Under the pieces are notes generated by a model. That model worked only from the letters and a program-made list of their open reading frames with translations. It searched no databases and was not told where the DNA came from. A stretch of 64,000 nucleotides of DNA from a bacterium (GTDB lineage Bacteria; Desulfobacterota; DSWW01): positions 32,001-96,000 of the forward strand of contig JBFLZG010000062.1 of assembly GCA_040756235.1 (NCBI GenBank), given 5' to 3'. Numbering within the stretch: position 1 is the first letter of the stretch; the number at the start of each line of letters is the position of its first letter. Shown piece by piece: positions 1 through 9,519 of this stretch. A program made the translations under genes and the position numbers.

Positions 1-2
1 AT

Positions 3-206
3 GAATATTTCCACGGCGACAACGGAGCGGGGCTGGGAGCCAGCCACCAGACGGGGTGGACGGGGGTCGTCGCCCGCCTGATGGATCTGTTTGGCCGGAT
101 GCGACCCGCTGACTTGCTGGAGACCTCGAAAGATGAGCTTCTGGCGCGCATGACGCGGGATCAGGTCGCGGGCAGGAAGCGCGAAGTGGACGTCGCGGAG
201 GTCTGA
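3..206 (+). CDS. C-terminal end of a GH63/MGH1-like glucosidase (truncated by window start)
   Basis: Frame from position 3 reads [21 protein letters not shown]..., a motif typical of the C-terminus of GH63-like glucosidases; TGA stop at 204-206. Not in the ORF track. Confidence 0.85.
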   Translation, partial: EYFHGDNGAGLGASHQTGWTGVVARLMDLFGRMRPADLLETSKDELLARMTRDQVAGRKREVDVAEV

Positions 207-244
207 GGCCGAGGGCAGGCAGGAGGGGAGGTGTTACATCGGTC

Positions 245-940
245 GTGTTGTCCGTTAAGGCCAACCTGAAGGGTGTCGGGCTGCAATGGATCGATGAGCA
301 CCGGCACGAGTTGCTGTTGCTCGCTACCGTTCTGGTCCTCGTGCTGCCGGCTTTCTCGGGCAGGGGCGTCCTGTCGAATCTTCTCTTTGTCATCAGTATG
401 AGCTTCCTCCTGGTGCAGAGCGTGGTCTCCACCCGTCCTCGGGGATCGCGCAGACTCGGCCTGCGGTACTTGATCGTTCTCGTCCTGATCACTCTCTTCT
501 GGAGCAAGCCAGCGGGACTGGAGTCCGAGGGGCTGGACGTCGTTCGCCTGCTGCTGGTCATAGGATTCTTCGCGTCCGTCACGGTCTCATTGGCCAGGGC
601 GATCAGTCGATGTGCCGCGGTGAACGTCGGGGTGATTCTGACGGCAATCAACATCTACCTGTTGATCGGGATCATCGCGGGTAACCTATCCTTCCTATTT
701 CATGAGCTTTATTCCGGTGCCTACGCCTTCCCGGCGGGCGCGGCACCGCCTGACTTCGGAAGCTTCATCTACTATAGCTTCGTAACGATGTCGACCGTCG
801 GCTATGGGGATATCACACCGCGCATCCCGGAAACGCAGACACTGGCATACGTGATGGCCATCGTGGGCCAGTTGTACGTTGCCATCGTCATCGCGTTTCT
901 GGTGGGGAAGCGTCTCGGCCAGTCGAGCGGCCAGGGCTAG
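245..940 (+). CDS. Potassium channel family membrane protein (Ion_trans_2 pore)
   Basis: Several hydrophobic helices and the selectivity-filter motif TMSTVGYGD. Confidence 0.9.
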   Translation: MLSVKANLKGVGLQWIDEHRHELLLLATVLVLVLPAFSGRGVLSNLLFVISMSFLLVQSVVSTRPRGSRRLGLRYLIVLVLITLFWSKPAGLESEGLDVVRLLLVIGFFASVTVSLARAISRCAAVNVGVILTAINIYLLIGIIAGNLSFLFHELYSGAYAFPAGAAPPDFGSFIYYSFVTMSTVGYGDITPRIPETQTLAYVMAIVGQLYVAIVIAFLVGKRLGQSSGQG

Positions 941-1222
941 ACCCTCGCTGCCCCGCGGAAGTCTATGAAGACGTCTCCCCGTATCGTTTCATTCCATGCC
1001 GCCTGCGGGAACTGTCGCCCCTGCAACTGAGGGTCAGGACTCGGGATGTCTGCCTCACACCTGTTATCGGCAGAGGCACATCCAACCCCTCAGAAGGGCA
1101 ATTTGAAAAGGCGCCCGAGCACGCGAAATTGAAACCGGGGATGTACACGATGTATCTGGCGATTATGATGGCCAGGCTGGTGGGGGTGCACATCTGCCAG
1201 ACCTACCACAGGAGGACTTCAT

Positions 1223-2467
1223 GTGACCCTCATGGTCGTGTTTACGGTCTTGTTATTTGCTTACAGCCTGGTCTCCAGAGAGGTGGAGCGGAGCGTGCTG
1301 ACCGCGCCCATCGTGTTCACTGCCGCCGGGATGCTGGTGTACCTTCTGCTGCTGCCGCAGTTGAGAGAAAAGCAGGTGGATCTGGGACTGTGGCTCCAGG
1401 TAGCCGAGGTGGGCCTCGTGCTGCTGCTGTTCACCGATGCCAGCCGCACGGACCTTCAGCTTCTGAAGAACATCAGGAATCTTCCCCTCAGACTGCTGAG
1501 CACGGGGATGCTCCTGACCATTCTTCTGGGTGGCGGCGCTGCTCTACTCCTCTTTCCCACCCTATCCATCTGGGAAGCCGGCATCCTGGGTGCCATCCTG
1601 GCCCCGACGGATGCGGGGCTCGGGCAGGTCATCGTGAGCAGCCCCCGCGTGCCCAGGAAGATCCGGGAGGCCTTGAATGTGGAGGCAGGCCTCAACGACG
1701 GCCTTTCCGTTCCATTCCTGCTCTTCTTCATGGCCCTGGCCGGCACGACCGCCGAAGGGCGCGAGGCACGCCTGGTAAGCTTCATATGGGAGCAACTCGG
1801 GTATGGAGTCTTGGTCGGTGTAGGCGTTGGGCTGGTCGGCGGCTGGCTTCTGGGCCGAGCGCATCGCTCTAAGTACATGGCCGAATCTTGGCAGCAACTG
1901 GGCGTGGTGGCGCTCCCGGCGGTCTGTCTGGTGGCTTCCAGGGGCACCGGCGCAAGCATGTTCATTGCAGCCTTCGTGGCCGGGCTGGCGGTACAAGTGG
2001 GTTTCAAGGAGGCGGGCAGGCACAGCGTAGAGTTCACCGAGCAATGGGGGCAGGCGCTGAACCTCTCCGTCTTTTTCCTATTCGGCCTGCTGGTCTCGCG
2101 GGCCTTGCCCCGGTTCGATGTTCGGCTCGTCGTGTATGCGGTCCTGAGCGTCACGCTGGTCCGCATGGTGCCGGTGGCCATCGCGCTCCTGGGCGCGAGA
2201 TTGAGCATAGCCACCGTGCTCTTCATGGGCTGGTTCGGTCCGCGCGGACTTGCATCCATCGTGCTCGGGCTGGTGTACCTGGAAGAGGCCCCTCAGGTGA
2301 CCGACCCCACCATCCGTCTTGCCGTGGCGGCGACCGTGCTGTTCAGCATCTTCGCGCATGGGTTGACCGCCGGGCCCGGAATCGAGCTTTACACAAGGAA
2401 GATCGCGGCACTGGGTCCGGGTGCCCTGGAGCAGCAGGGAGCAGAGGAGAAAGCCGCCCCACGATGA
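1223..2467 (+). CDS. Cation:proton antiporter (NhaP/CPA1-like)
   Basis: Highly hydrophobic, with motifs LAPTD, EAGLNDG and GWFGPRGLAS; AGGAGG RBS upstream. Confidence 0.9.
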   Translation: MTLMVVFTVLLFAYSLVSREVERSVLTAPIVFTAAGMLVYLLLLPQLREKQVDLGLWLQVAEVGLVLLLFTDASRTDLQLLKNIRNLPLRLLSTGMLLTILLGGGAALLLFPTLSIWEAGILGAILAPTDAGLGQVIVSSPRVPRKIREALNVEAGLNDGLSVPFLLFFMALAGTTAEGREARLVSFIWEQLGYGVLVGVGVGLVGGWLLGRAHRSKYMAESWQQLGVVALPAVCLVASRGTGASMFIAAFVAGLAVQVGFKEAGRHSVEFTEQWGQALNLSVFFLFGLLVSRALPRFDVRLVVYAVLSVTLVRMVPVAIALLGARLSIATVLFMGWFGPRGLASIVLGLVYLEEAPQVTDPTIRLAVAATVLFSIFAHGLTAGPGIELYTRKIAALGPGALEQQGAEEKAAPR

Positions 2468-2509
2468 GGGAGTTCGAAGGAGTTCCAGAAGAAGAGAAGC
2501 TTCGCGGCA

Positions 2510-2710
2510 CTCTGGAGCGGTGAGCAGGAAAGCCTGACCCGCGAGGTAGTAGAGGACACAAATGTCGGGGCCATGGAGCTTCACGACTTCCTGGACCATC
2601 TCGTCGGGGGGGCCCTCGTCATTACCCCTGGAGACCGTCGTGAATATGGTCGCCGTTACGGCAATCCGGGCGCAGGAGAGGGGGGGCGGTGCATGAGGAT
2701 CCTGGTCGTC
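2510..2710 (+). pseudogene. Collapsed remnant of a second pta-ackA copy
   Basis: 2510-2637 aligns by eye to pta 21943-22067, and 2638-2710 aligns to the pta end/ackA start 23321-23393; about 1.25 kb is missing in between, with indels and substitutions. Confidence 0.85.
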
Positions 2711-2721
2711 CCCCCCGCATG

Positions 2722-2937
2722 TCACTGGGCCGGAATGTAGGGCACCTCCTTTCCCCACCAACCCTGTTCCTGAGACTTGTTCGCTTCCTCGTCCGAAGGG
2801 GTCCGATAGCCCCAGAGGCTGAATTTCATGTGATCCCAGTTCTTCCACGTGGAATCATGCTGCCTGAGTTCCGAATTCCTTGACAGGCAGCCCGTCAGAA
2901 GGATCCCTGCCGCGACGATGAGAACCAGTCTTTTCAT
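2722..2937 (-). CDS. Small hypothetical lipoprotein (71 aa)
   Basis: MKR + hydrophobic stretch + lipobox LTGC; GGAGGAG RBS upstream on the minus strand. Confidence 0.75.
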   Translation of the reverse strand: MKRLVLIVAAGILLTGCLSRNSELRQHDSTWKNWDHMKFSLWGYRTPSDEEANKSQEQGWWGKEVPYIPAQ

Positions 2938-3063
2938 TTCTTGACTCCTCCCTGTCTCTCTTGAGGTTGCGGCAGACCTTTCCTGCGGGGCCGCACGAGG
3001 CCCCGCCGGCCCCGTACCGTTGCCTTCACCGCCTCGTAGCCCTGGCCTGCCTCCCGCTATCGA

Positions 3064-4386
3064 TCAGCGCATGGCGCCCGGCTGACCGGTCGACGCCAGT
3101 ACGCTGCTCCAAAGCGCTCCCTCGGGGTCGATTCTCTTGCGCTGCGCAACCGCAAGGGAGATCGGCACATGAGTGAATTGGTGGTTCCAGAAGCCGACGA
3201 CCATGTTCGTACGTCCGCTCATGCCGGCGTGCACGGCGCTGTGTCCGAGAAGGAGGCAGAAGGCGGAATCGTGGGCGTTCGCCGAGACGCTCCGGATGGT
3301 ATAGCTGGGGTCGATGTACTTGAGCGTCAAGTCCGTACCGATCCTCTTGAAATGTTCTCGGATCGCGTCCCGTAGAAACGCGCCGACGTCTCCGTACTTG
3401 ACGTTCCCGGAAGCATCTCGCTCCGCCGACTGGGCCATCAGGTTCTGGCCCGCACCCTCGGCGACGACGATGACGGCGTGACCTCGGCGATGGAGTCGCT
3501 GCTGCAGCTCCGCCAGAAATCGTTCGAGGGTAAAGGGGACCTCGGGGATGAGACAGAAATTCACCTGGCTGTGGGCGAGGACGGAAAAGGCTGCAATGAA
3601 CCCCGAATCGCGGCCCATGAGCTTTACCAACCCGATCCCGTTCCGTGCAGCCTCTGCCTCGCAGTGGGCTGCGTAGATCGCTCTCCGTGCCTCGCTGACC
3701 GCCGTCTCGAAACCGAACGTGGTCTGCACGAACGAGATGTCATTGTCGATGGTCTTCGGGATGCCGATGACGCCGATCTCCAGGCCCCGGCGCAACGCTT
3801 CGTCGCTGATCTTCTGCGCTCCTCGCAAGGTGCCGTCGCCGCCGATGGCGAAGAGGAGGCCGATCCCCATTTCCTCCAAGGTCTTCACCATCTCCGCCGG
3901 AGCCTGGGGTCCTCGGGAGGAGCCGAGGAGGGAGCCCCCCGCCTCGTGGATCCGGTTGACCGCATCGGGCGTGAGCTCCAGAGGCTGGTGTCCATACCGG
4001 GACACGAGTCCTTCGTAGCCGAAGCGGAACCCGTAAACCCGATTCACGCCGTAATGGTGGTAGAGGCTCAGCACGATCGAACGGATCACATCGTTCAATC
4101 CCGGACAGAGGCCGCCGCAGGTGAGGATCCCGCAGGCGAGCTTCGGCGGGTCAAAGAATATCTGCTCTCTCGGTCCCGCAGCCTCCATCCCGGGAGGATC
4201 TGCGCCCCGGTCCAGGAAGGCCTTCATGTCTTTGAAGCACCGGTGGTAGAGCACGCGCTCGTCATCACCGGTGAAGCGGGCACCCGCCAGCGGCGACGGC
4301 ATGCTGCACTGCCCGAGCCGCGGTATCGTGAAATCAAGATTGCCGTCGGAGATATGAGGTGTCGACACGCCTTCCATCGGGGTCAT
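3064..4386 (-). CDS. pfkA: ATP-dependent 6-phosphofructokinase (long, group X-like PfkA)
   Basis: Motifs TCGGLCPGLN, GGDGT, PKTIDND, MGRDSGF and KYIDPSY. Start moved to ATG 4386 (GGAGG RBS); GGDG rather than GGDD favours ATP over PPi. Confidence 0.92.
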   Translation of the reverse strand: MTPMEGVSTPHISDGNLDFTIPRLGQCSMPSPLAGARFTGDDERVLYHRCFKDMKAFLDRGADPPGMEAAGPREQIFFDPPKLACGILTCGGLCPGLNDVIRSIVLSLYHHYGVNRVYGFRFGYEGLVSRYGHQPLELTPDAVNRIHEAGGSLLGSSRGPQAPAEMVKTLEEMGIGLLFAIGGDGTLRGAQKISDEALRRGLEIGVIGIPKTIDNDISFVQTTFGFETAVSEARRAIYAAHCEAEAARNGIGLVKLMGRDSGFIAAFSVLAHSQVNFCLIPEVPFTLERFLAELQQRLHRRGHAVIVVAEGAGQNLMAQSAERDASGNVKYGDVGAFLRDAIREHFKRIGTDLTLKYIDPSYTIRSVSANAHDSAFCLLLGHSAVHAGMSGRTNMVVGFWNHQFTHVPISLAVAQRKRIDPEGALWSSVLASTGQPGAMR

Positions 4387-4416
4387 GGTTCTGGTGCCTC
4401 CAGGGAATCGTCGTAT

Positions 4417-4432
4417 CGCAAGATGAGTGCCA
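4417..4432 (-). promoter_or_regulatory. Candidate sigma-54 (-24/-12) promoter for pfkA
   Basis: Minus strand reads TGGCACTCATCTTGCG (GG-N10-GC), about 30 nt upstream of the pfkA start. Confidence 0.7.
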
Positions 4433-4665
4433 TGCTGCCGAAGACGGGTGGGTAGCGATCTTCTGCTGTGCATCAGGCACGTTAGAGAGGAGACGGCTCC
4501 GTTAGGACCGACCGGGGAGGGCGCTCCCGGAGTCGCTATGTCGACCCAACGTCGAACTGTCGTACCTCGGGAGGCCCTCCCCACCCGGGGCTGCAAATCG
4601 CCACAGTTGTCTCAACATGCCGGAAATACACGCTATCGGACACCCTGCTCGGATTGCGAAAGGCG

Positions 4666-4681
4666 TGGCATGAGTTGCGCA
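4666..4681 (+). promoter_or_regulatory. Weaker candidate sigma-54 promoter for ORF 4783
   Basis: TGGCATGAGTTGCGCA has GG-N10-GC spacing but an imperfect -12 box. Confidence 0.4.
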
Positions 4682-4782
4682 AAATGGGTGACGCAGGTCC
4701 GACGGATGGGCAGGTTCGAGCATCCCATGCGAAGGACACGAATTTCGGAGACAACTTCGACATTAGCAACGGAGGCGTCTAG

Positions 4783-5055
4783 ATGGTTCGCAAACTCTAT
4801 TTGATCTTGGTGCTGGCTGTTGGCGGGGGGATGGTTCTTCCAACAATCGGTTACTCTCAAACGGAAGGCATGGAACGGCGGCAAGAGCGTCGGGGTGATC
4901 GGCAGGAAGTACGAGACACGAGGCAGACGGGCCGACAAGAGGCGCGTGACGCCAAGGCTGACTGCCGTGAAGGAGATCAGAGCCGGGCGGAGTGTCGGCA
5001 GTTGAAGCGAGAAATGAAACAAGATGCGCGCGAGGGGGCCCGGGAGATCCGGTAG
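4783..5055 (+). CDS. Small secreted, highly charged hypothetical protein
   Basis: GGAGG RBS, signal-peptide-like N-terminus, R/E/Q/D-rich helical body with two Cys. Confidence 0.7.
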   Translation: MVRKLYLILVLAVGGGMVLPTIGYSQTEGMERRQERRGDRQEVRDTRQTGRQEARDAKADCREGDQSRAECRQLKREMKQDAREGAREIR

Positions 5056-5174
5056 AACGACGGAGGCGGGTGGTTCAACCAACTCCCCTCCGCAAGCCTC
5101 ATGGAGAAATTGCACCGAGACCCGCGCCCTCCCCTTGGCGTGCCCACGCCGAGCTCAGGAAGGGGGACCGTGCG

Positions 5175-5393
5175 GTGAAAAGGCAACTTGGGATCCCAGC
5201 GTCCGTGGCTCTGGTATGGATTTTCCTGCTGGCGGCCTGTGACTACGGAGCCTGTTATTACACGGAGGGAGGGTCTCGGGGCAGCATAGTGGTTTTCTGT
5301 GAAGAAACGTCAGAAGATGATTGTGACGGCGACTTCTGGGTGGAAGATGAAGACTGTGGCTGTCATGACTACTACTGGGCGTACGGTTGTTGA
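5175..5393 (+). CDS. Small acidic Cys-rich lipoprotein
   Basis: GTG start after AGGGGG; MKRQLGIPASVALVWIFLLAAC lipobox; mature part has six more Cys and many D/E/Y/W residues. Confidence 0.6.
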   Translation: MKRQLGIPASVALVWIFLLAACDYGACYYTEGGSRGSIVVFCEETSEDDCDGDFWVEDEDCGCHDYYWAYGC

Positions 5394-5448
5394 TTGAGGA
5401 GTCAACACAGCATTCAGACCAGGTCATCATCTGAGTAGCGTGACCCGT

Positions 5449-6924
5449 TCAACCCCCGTCAGAGCTTTCGGAAGAGAAGGGGGGATCGGTCCATCGGAGG
5501 CTTTCGGTCATCTCCTGGAAGGACGCGAGGTCACGTTGGAACATATCCGGATCGATCGCATTGAAACGGATGCTGTGCAACCGGTCGCCTCTGAGAAAGC
5601 CGTAATAGAGCGTCCGGAAAGGACGGCCCTCCTTTGTCCGATAGGTGAAGACGAGCCTGAATCCCTCATGGTGATCGACCACGACCGGACGGTTCTCGAG
5701 GAGCTCGAAATCCAGAACGGCCCGGTCAGACGCGATCTCGTCTGAGATCACTGCGGCGGCCTCGCGCGGGAGCATCCCTCTCCGGAGTCTCTTCTCGGTG
5801 TGCGGAAAGCCTCTGTCCACATGAATTTCCTGGACAAGCACGTACTGCTGCATGGCCCCGTCCTTGGTCACGAGCAGCGGGCCGTCCCAGGTCACGCGCT
5901 TCCATCCCGGGGGGATTTGGATGGTTGCGGTGGGGGCCAGGATTTGCGCAGCAGGCGCCCTGGCCGAGGCATTTTTTTCCGCTGGAGTGCGGCGCCGAGC
6001 CAGTTCCTCAAGCATCTCCTGCGTCCTTGCATCATCGGGGCGAAGAGATCGATACCTCTCGAGCGACCGTTGCGCGGAACGAAGACGCCCGGCTTCGAGA
6101 TCGAGTGAGGCATTCTCCAGGAGCAAGTCTTCCACCGCCCTCGCATAGCTGTCGCTTTTGCGCAGCGTGCTGCGGCTCGTGTCGGGATCTTCTTCGACCA
6201 TCTCGCTCAGGATCTGGATCCGTTCCTGCAAGTCCGTGCGCAGCCGGCCGGTACTTGCGCTTTCACCGGCGAACGACTCCTCGGCCTCCTGCTGAAGCAG
6301 GAACAGGAGCCTTCGCGCTTCGGCCGGGTCATAACCTGCTCTCCTGATCAGGGACATCCCGACCCGATCGGCCTCCCGCTCGCAGTTCCGGACGGCATCA
6401 GCGAAGTCCTGCGGTGAGCCCTCTGCGATCCTTTGCCCATGCTTCCCGATGAAGGGGGAAGCTCGCTGCTCGGACGAGGACATACGCATGCACGGTAACC
6501 CGGGCCGGCCGAGGCCGTGCGCCAGTTCGTGGGCAAGGACCATGGCAAGCTGGGCCTCGTTTTCCAGACGGGCCAGCAGTCCTGTCGTGATGCAGATTCC
6601 GCCTTCTGGCAGCGACAGGGCTTCCAAGAACGGATCTTTCAAAACGAAAACGAAGAACGGGCTTCCCTCATCCGCGCGCATGTGCTCCGGCAGCAGGATC
6701 TCCATCACGTTACGGAGGTAATCCAGGAGGGCAGGATCCTGATAGAGCTGGCTGCGGTCCTCAGGGAGGCCGGTCGATGGATGGTTGAGCTTTTCCTCCA
6801 GGGTCGTGAAAGGAATATTCGAGCCTCGATGATCCGGGAGCCGGCCGGTGGAACAAGCGAACGAAGCGAGACAGGCAGCCGTGAGGGCCCCGTTCAGGAT
6901 TCGACTGACAAGTTGCGTTTTCAT
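5449..6924 (-). CDS. M48-family zinc metalloprotease lipoprotein with TPR-like segment and extra C-terminal domain
   Basis: Lipobox-like SFAC, ITTGLL...ENEAQLAMVLAHELAH, EREADRVG and AGYDP. Confidence 0.85.
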   Translation of the reverse strand: MKTQLVSRILNGALTAACLASFACSTGRLPDHRGSNIPFTTLEEKLNHPSTGLPEDRSQLYQDPALLDYLRNVMEILLPEHMRADEGSPFFVFVLKDPFLEALSLPEGGICITTGLLARLENEAQLAMVLAHELAHGLGRPGLPCMRMSSSEQRASPFIGKHGQRIAEGSPQDFADAVRNCEREADRVGMSLIRRAGYDPAEARRLLFLLQQEAEESFAGESASTGRLRTDLQERIQILSEMVEEDPDTSRSTLRKSDSYARAVEDLLLENASLDLEAGRLRSAQRSLERYRSLRPDDARTQEMLEELARRRTPAEKNASARAPAAQILAPTATIQIPPGWKRVTWDGPLLVTKDGAMQQYVLVQEIHVDRGFPHTEKRLRRGMLPREAAAVISDEIASDRAVLDFELLENRPVVVDHHEGFRLVFTYRTKEGRPFRTLYYGFLRGDRLHSIRFNAIDPDMFQRDLASFQEMTESLRWTDPPFSSESSDGG

Positions 6925-7021
6925 TGCTCGAAGAACTTGGCGCTGCCGGGCCCGTTTTCATTGCCAAGGCCAACCGGCATTGGATGAGAGAGAGGCAAGA
7001 AGGGCTCGTATGGCTCTCCAC

Positions 7022-7037
7022 CGCAAATGGCGTGCCG
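7022..7037 (-). promoter_or_regulatory. Candidate sigma-54 promoter for the M48 gene
   Basis: Minus strand reads CGGCACGCCATTTGCG (GG-N10-GC), about 100 nt upstream of 6924. Confidence 0.55.
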
Positions 7038-7296
7038 CCTGCACCTACCGCCTTTTCCCCTGCAAATGCAGCCCCTTAGAGTTCCAAGGAAGTTTCGGTG
7101 CGGACCCGTTCACGAAGAAAGTAGCGAGCAGGTGACCAAAATGGCCAGGACCGCCCGCTCGGCCGGGGATGGCATGTAGACCCGGAGTCGACATGGCGAC
7201 TTCCCTGGGGCGGGCCTACCGTCGGTAGAGCCGCCCCCGCTCCTCTAAGTCGTTGCATCTACATAAGAATCAAACATCGCCGGGAGTACGGCAGTG

Positions 7297-7312
7297 TGGC
7301 ATCAACCTCGCA
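7297..7312 (+). promoter_or_regulatory. Candidate sigma-54 promoter heading the GNAT-pyk-glycogen/acetate cluster
   Basis: TGGCATCAACCTCGCA, 50 nt upstream of 7363; 15 of 16 positions match the site at 31356-31371. Confidence 0.6.
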
Positions 7313-7362
7313 AAAGACTGAATCAATGCGTGATCTCCCTAAAGGCAGAATGAAGGCTTGCC

Positions 7363-7899
7363 ATGATCGACGCACGACATTTCAGGGCGAACGACAGACT
7401 CAAAGACGGAACCCCCGTGACCATCCGGGCCGTCCGTCCTGACGACAAAACTCGCATTTCGGCAGCCTTCAGGAATCTCCAGCCGGAATCACTCTACACA
7501 CGCTTCTTTCTTCACCGTACGAACGAGCTCACCGGTGAGGAGCTCAGGGAGGTCACGGAAGTTGACTTCGACAACATCGTGGCGCTCGTGGTAACGGTTG
7601 CGACGGGCGGGGGAGAGGAGACCATCATCGGTGCGGGGCGATATGCTCGCTGCGCCTCACCCGGCGCAGAAATCGCCTTTATCGTCGAGGAGGATTACCA
7701 GGGCCAGGGAATCGCAAGCCGGATCTTCGGACACCTCGTCCGCATCGCTCGGGAGAAAGGTGTGTCCCGGTTCGAGGCGGAGGTGTTTGCAGGCAACAGG
7801 GCGATGCTCGCCGTGTTCGAGCGAAGCGGCCTTGCGTTGAGGAAATCGCTGGAAGAGGGTGTGGTGCACGTTTCCATTTCTCTCTCGGCCCCAGCTTGA
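7363..7899 (+). CDS. Stand-alone GNAT acetyltransferase resembling the GNAT domain of Pat-type protein lysine acetyltransferases
   Basis: LKDGTPVTIRAVRPDD, SLYTRFF, AEIAFIV, acetyl-CoA loop YQGQGIAS and NRAMLAVFERSG. Confidence 0.85.
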   Translation: MIDARHFRANDRLKDGTPVTIRAVRPDDKTRISAAFRNLQPESLYTRFFLHRTNELTGEELREVTEVDFDNIVALVVTVATGGGEETIIGAGRYARCASPGAEIAFIVEEDYQGQGIASRIFGHLVRIAREKGVSRFEAEVFAGNRAMLAVFERSGLALRKSLEEGVVHVSISLSAPA

Positions 7900-7956
7900 A
7901 CGGCGAGCCCGACCGTCTCCTGGTAGGAACCCGGCTGGAATCTCTGCCGTACCCGG

Positions 7957-9438
7957 ATGAGGACACGGATGAAACTGCCACTCCACAAGACCAAGATCGT
8001 GTGCACCATAGGGCCGGCGTCGAGCTCCCGTGACGTGATGGAAAAGCTGATGACAGCCGGCATGAACGTGGCCCGACTCAATTTCTCCCACGGGGAGTTC
8101 TCGGGCCACAGGAAGGTGATCGAGGATCTCCGCGCCGCGGCCAAAGCCACCGGACGCCGCCTCGCCATCATGGCGGACTTGCCCGGTCCGAAGATGCGCA
8201 TCGGGAGCTTCGATTCTGAACCGATCGGACTCAGACCGGGCGCTCTATTCGCGCTCACCGCCGATGACGTAGTTGGCGATGCGCACAGGGTCTCGGTTAC
8301 ATTTGCCCGGCTTCCCGAAGTCGTGACACCCGGCGACACCCTCTATCTGAACGATGGTTTCATCCAGCTGCAGGTGGAGGAGATCCGGGGCAGGGAGGTC
8401 CGCTGCCGCGTCATCGTGGGCGGGGAGCTCCGCTCGCGCAAGGGGCTCAACCTGCCGGGTATCGACCTCGGCATCCGCGCCTTCACCGAGCACGATCACG
8501 AGTGCATGAAATTCGCTCTGGAGAATGGCGTCGATGCGGTGAGTCAGTCATTCGTCGAGAGCTCGGCGGACGTACAGGCGGTGCGCGATGCGGCGAGGTC
8601 TCTCGGGTATCGTCCGTTCGTCATCGCCAAGATCGAACGCTCGCGGGCGCTTACCTGCCTGGAGGAGATCATGACCGCGGCGGACGGCGTCATGATCGCC
8701 CGCGGAGACCTCGGCGTGGAGCTCCCGGTCGAGCAGATTCCGGTGGTGCAAAAGCAGATCATGCACCAGGCGAACCTGCGCGCCAAGCCGGTGATCACGG
8801 CAACGCAGATGCTGGAATCGATGACCGCCAACCGGCGTCCCACCCGTGCCGAGGCGACCGACGTGGCCACTGCCATCCTCGACGGGACGGACTGCATCAT
8901 GCTTTCCGGTGAGTCGGCCATGGGCAGCTATCCGGTCGATGCGGCCGCGATGCTCGGCAAGATCGCCGCGGCCGTCGAGCCGTACCGCGCCATGGTCAAT
9001 CCCAGTGAGCTCTTCAGAGGGATCGATCTCAAGGGCAGGGTGGCCCCTTCGAAGCTGATCGATCTGAGCGTGGAGACGGTCTTCCAGTACGCCGACCCGG
9101 CCGCCGTATTCGTCCCCACCCACAGCGGAAACAGCGCGAGGAGCATCGCCCGCTTGCGCATCCCGGCCTGGATCATCGCCGTCAGCTCGGACGAAGCCAC
9201 GTGCCAGCAATTGCAGTTCTCCTCGGGCGTGTACCCGGTCTGTGAGGCGGAGCACCCTCAGAACTGGAAGAGCTACGTGTCGGAATGGCTTCGGAATCAC
9301 GGCATGCAAGGGAAGCTGGCGGCAGTGACCGAAGGCCCTTCGCGCCGGTATCCGGAGGCCAACCACAGGCTGGAGATTGTGGAGATGTCTCAGCCCTTGG
9401 AGTCCAGTGGAAATGATGCTGGCCGGAGACACGGGTAG
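7957..9438 (+). CDS. pyk: Pyruvate kinase
   Basis: KTKIVCTIGPAS, ARLNFSHG, IAKIE, MIARGDLGVE, ATQMLESM and PTRAE; the true start may be 7969. Confidence 0.97.
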   Translation: MRTRMKLPLHKTKIVCTIGPASSSRDVMEKLMTAGMNVARLNFSHGEFSGHRKVIEDLRAAAKATGRRLAIMADLPGPKMRIGSFDSEPIGLRPGALFALTADDVVGDAHRVSVTFARLPEVVTPGDTLYLNDGFIQLQVEEIRGREVRCRVIVGGELRSRKGLNLPGIDLGIRAFTEHDHECMKFALENGVDAVSQSFVESSADVQAVRDAARSLGYRPFVIAKIERSRALTCLEEIMTAADGVMIARGDLGVELPVEQIPVVQKQIMHQANLRAKPVITATQMLESMTANRRPTRAEATDVATAILDGTDCIMLSGESAMGSYPVDAAAMLGKIAAAVEPYRAMVNPSELFRGIDLKGRVAPSKLIDLSVETVFQYADPAAVFVPTHSGNSARSIARLRIPAWIIAVSSDEATCQQLQFSSGVYPVCEAEHPQNWKSYVSEWLRNHGMQGKLAAVTEGPSRRYPEANHRLEIVEMSQPLESSGNDAGRRHG

Positions 9439-9519
9439 AAGCAAGGCGGGGCTCAGGCCGAGGTCATCGTCCGGACAGAAATTGAGGATGAGCGATCAAG
9501 AGCCATAGGAGGCAATAGC

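Noticed and set aside
3064..4386. PPi-dependent phosphofructokinase
   Set aside because: The motif is GGDG, not the GGDD associated with PPi use.
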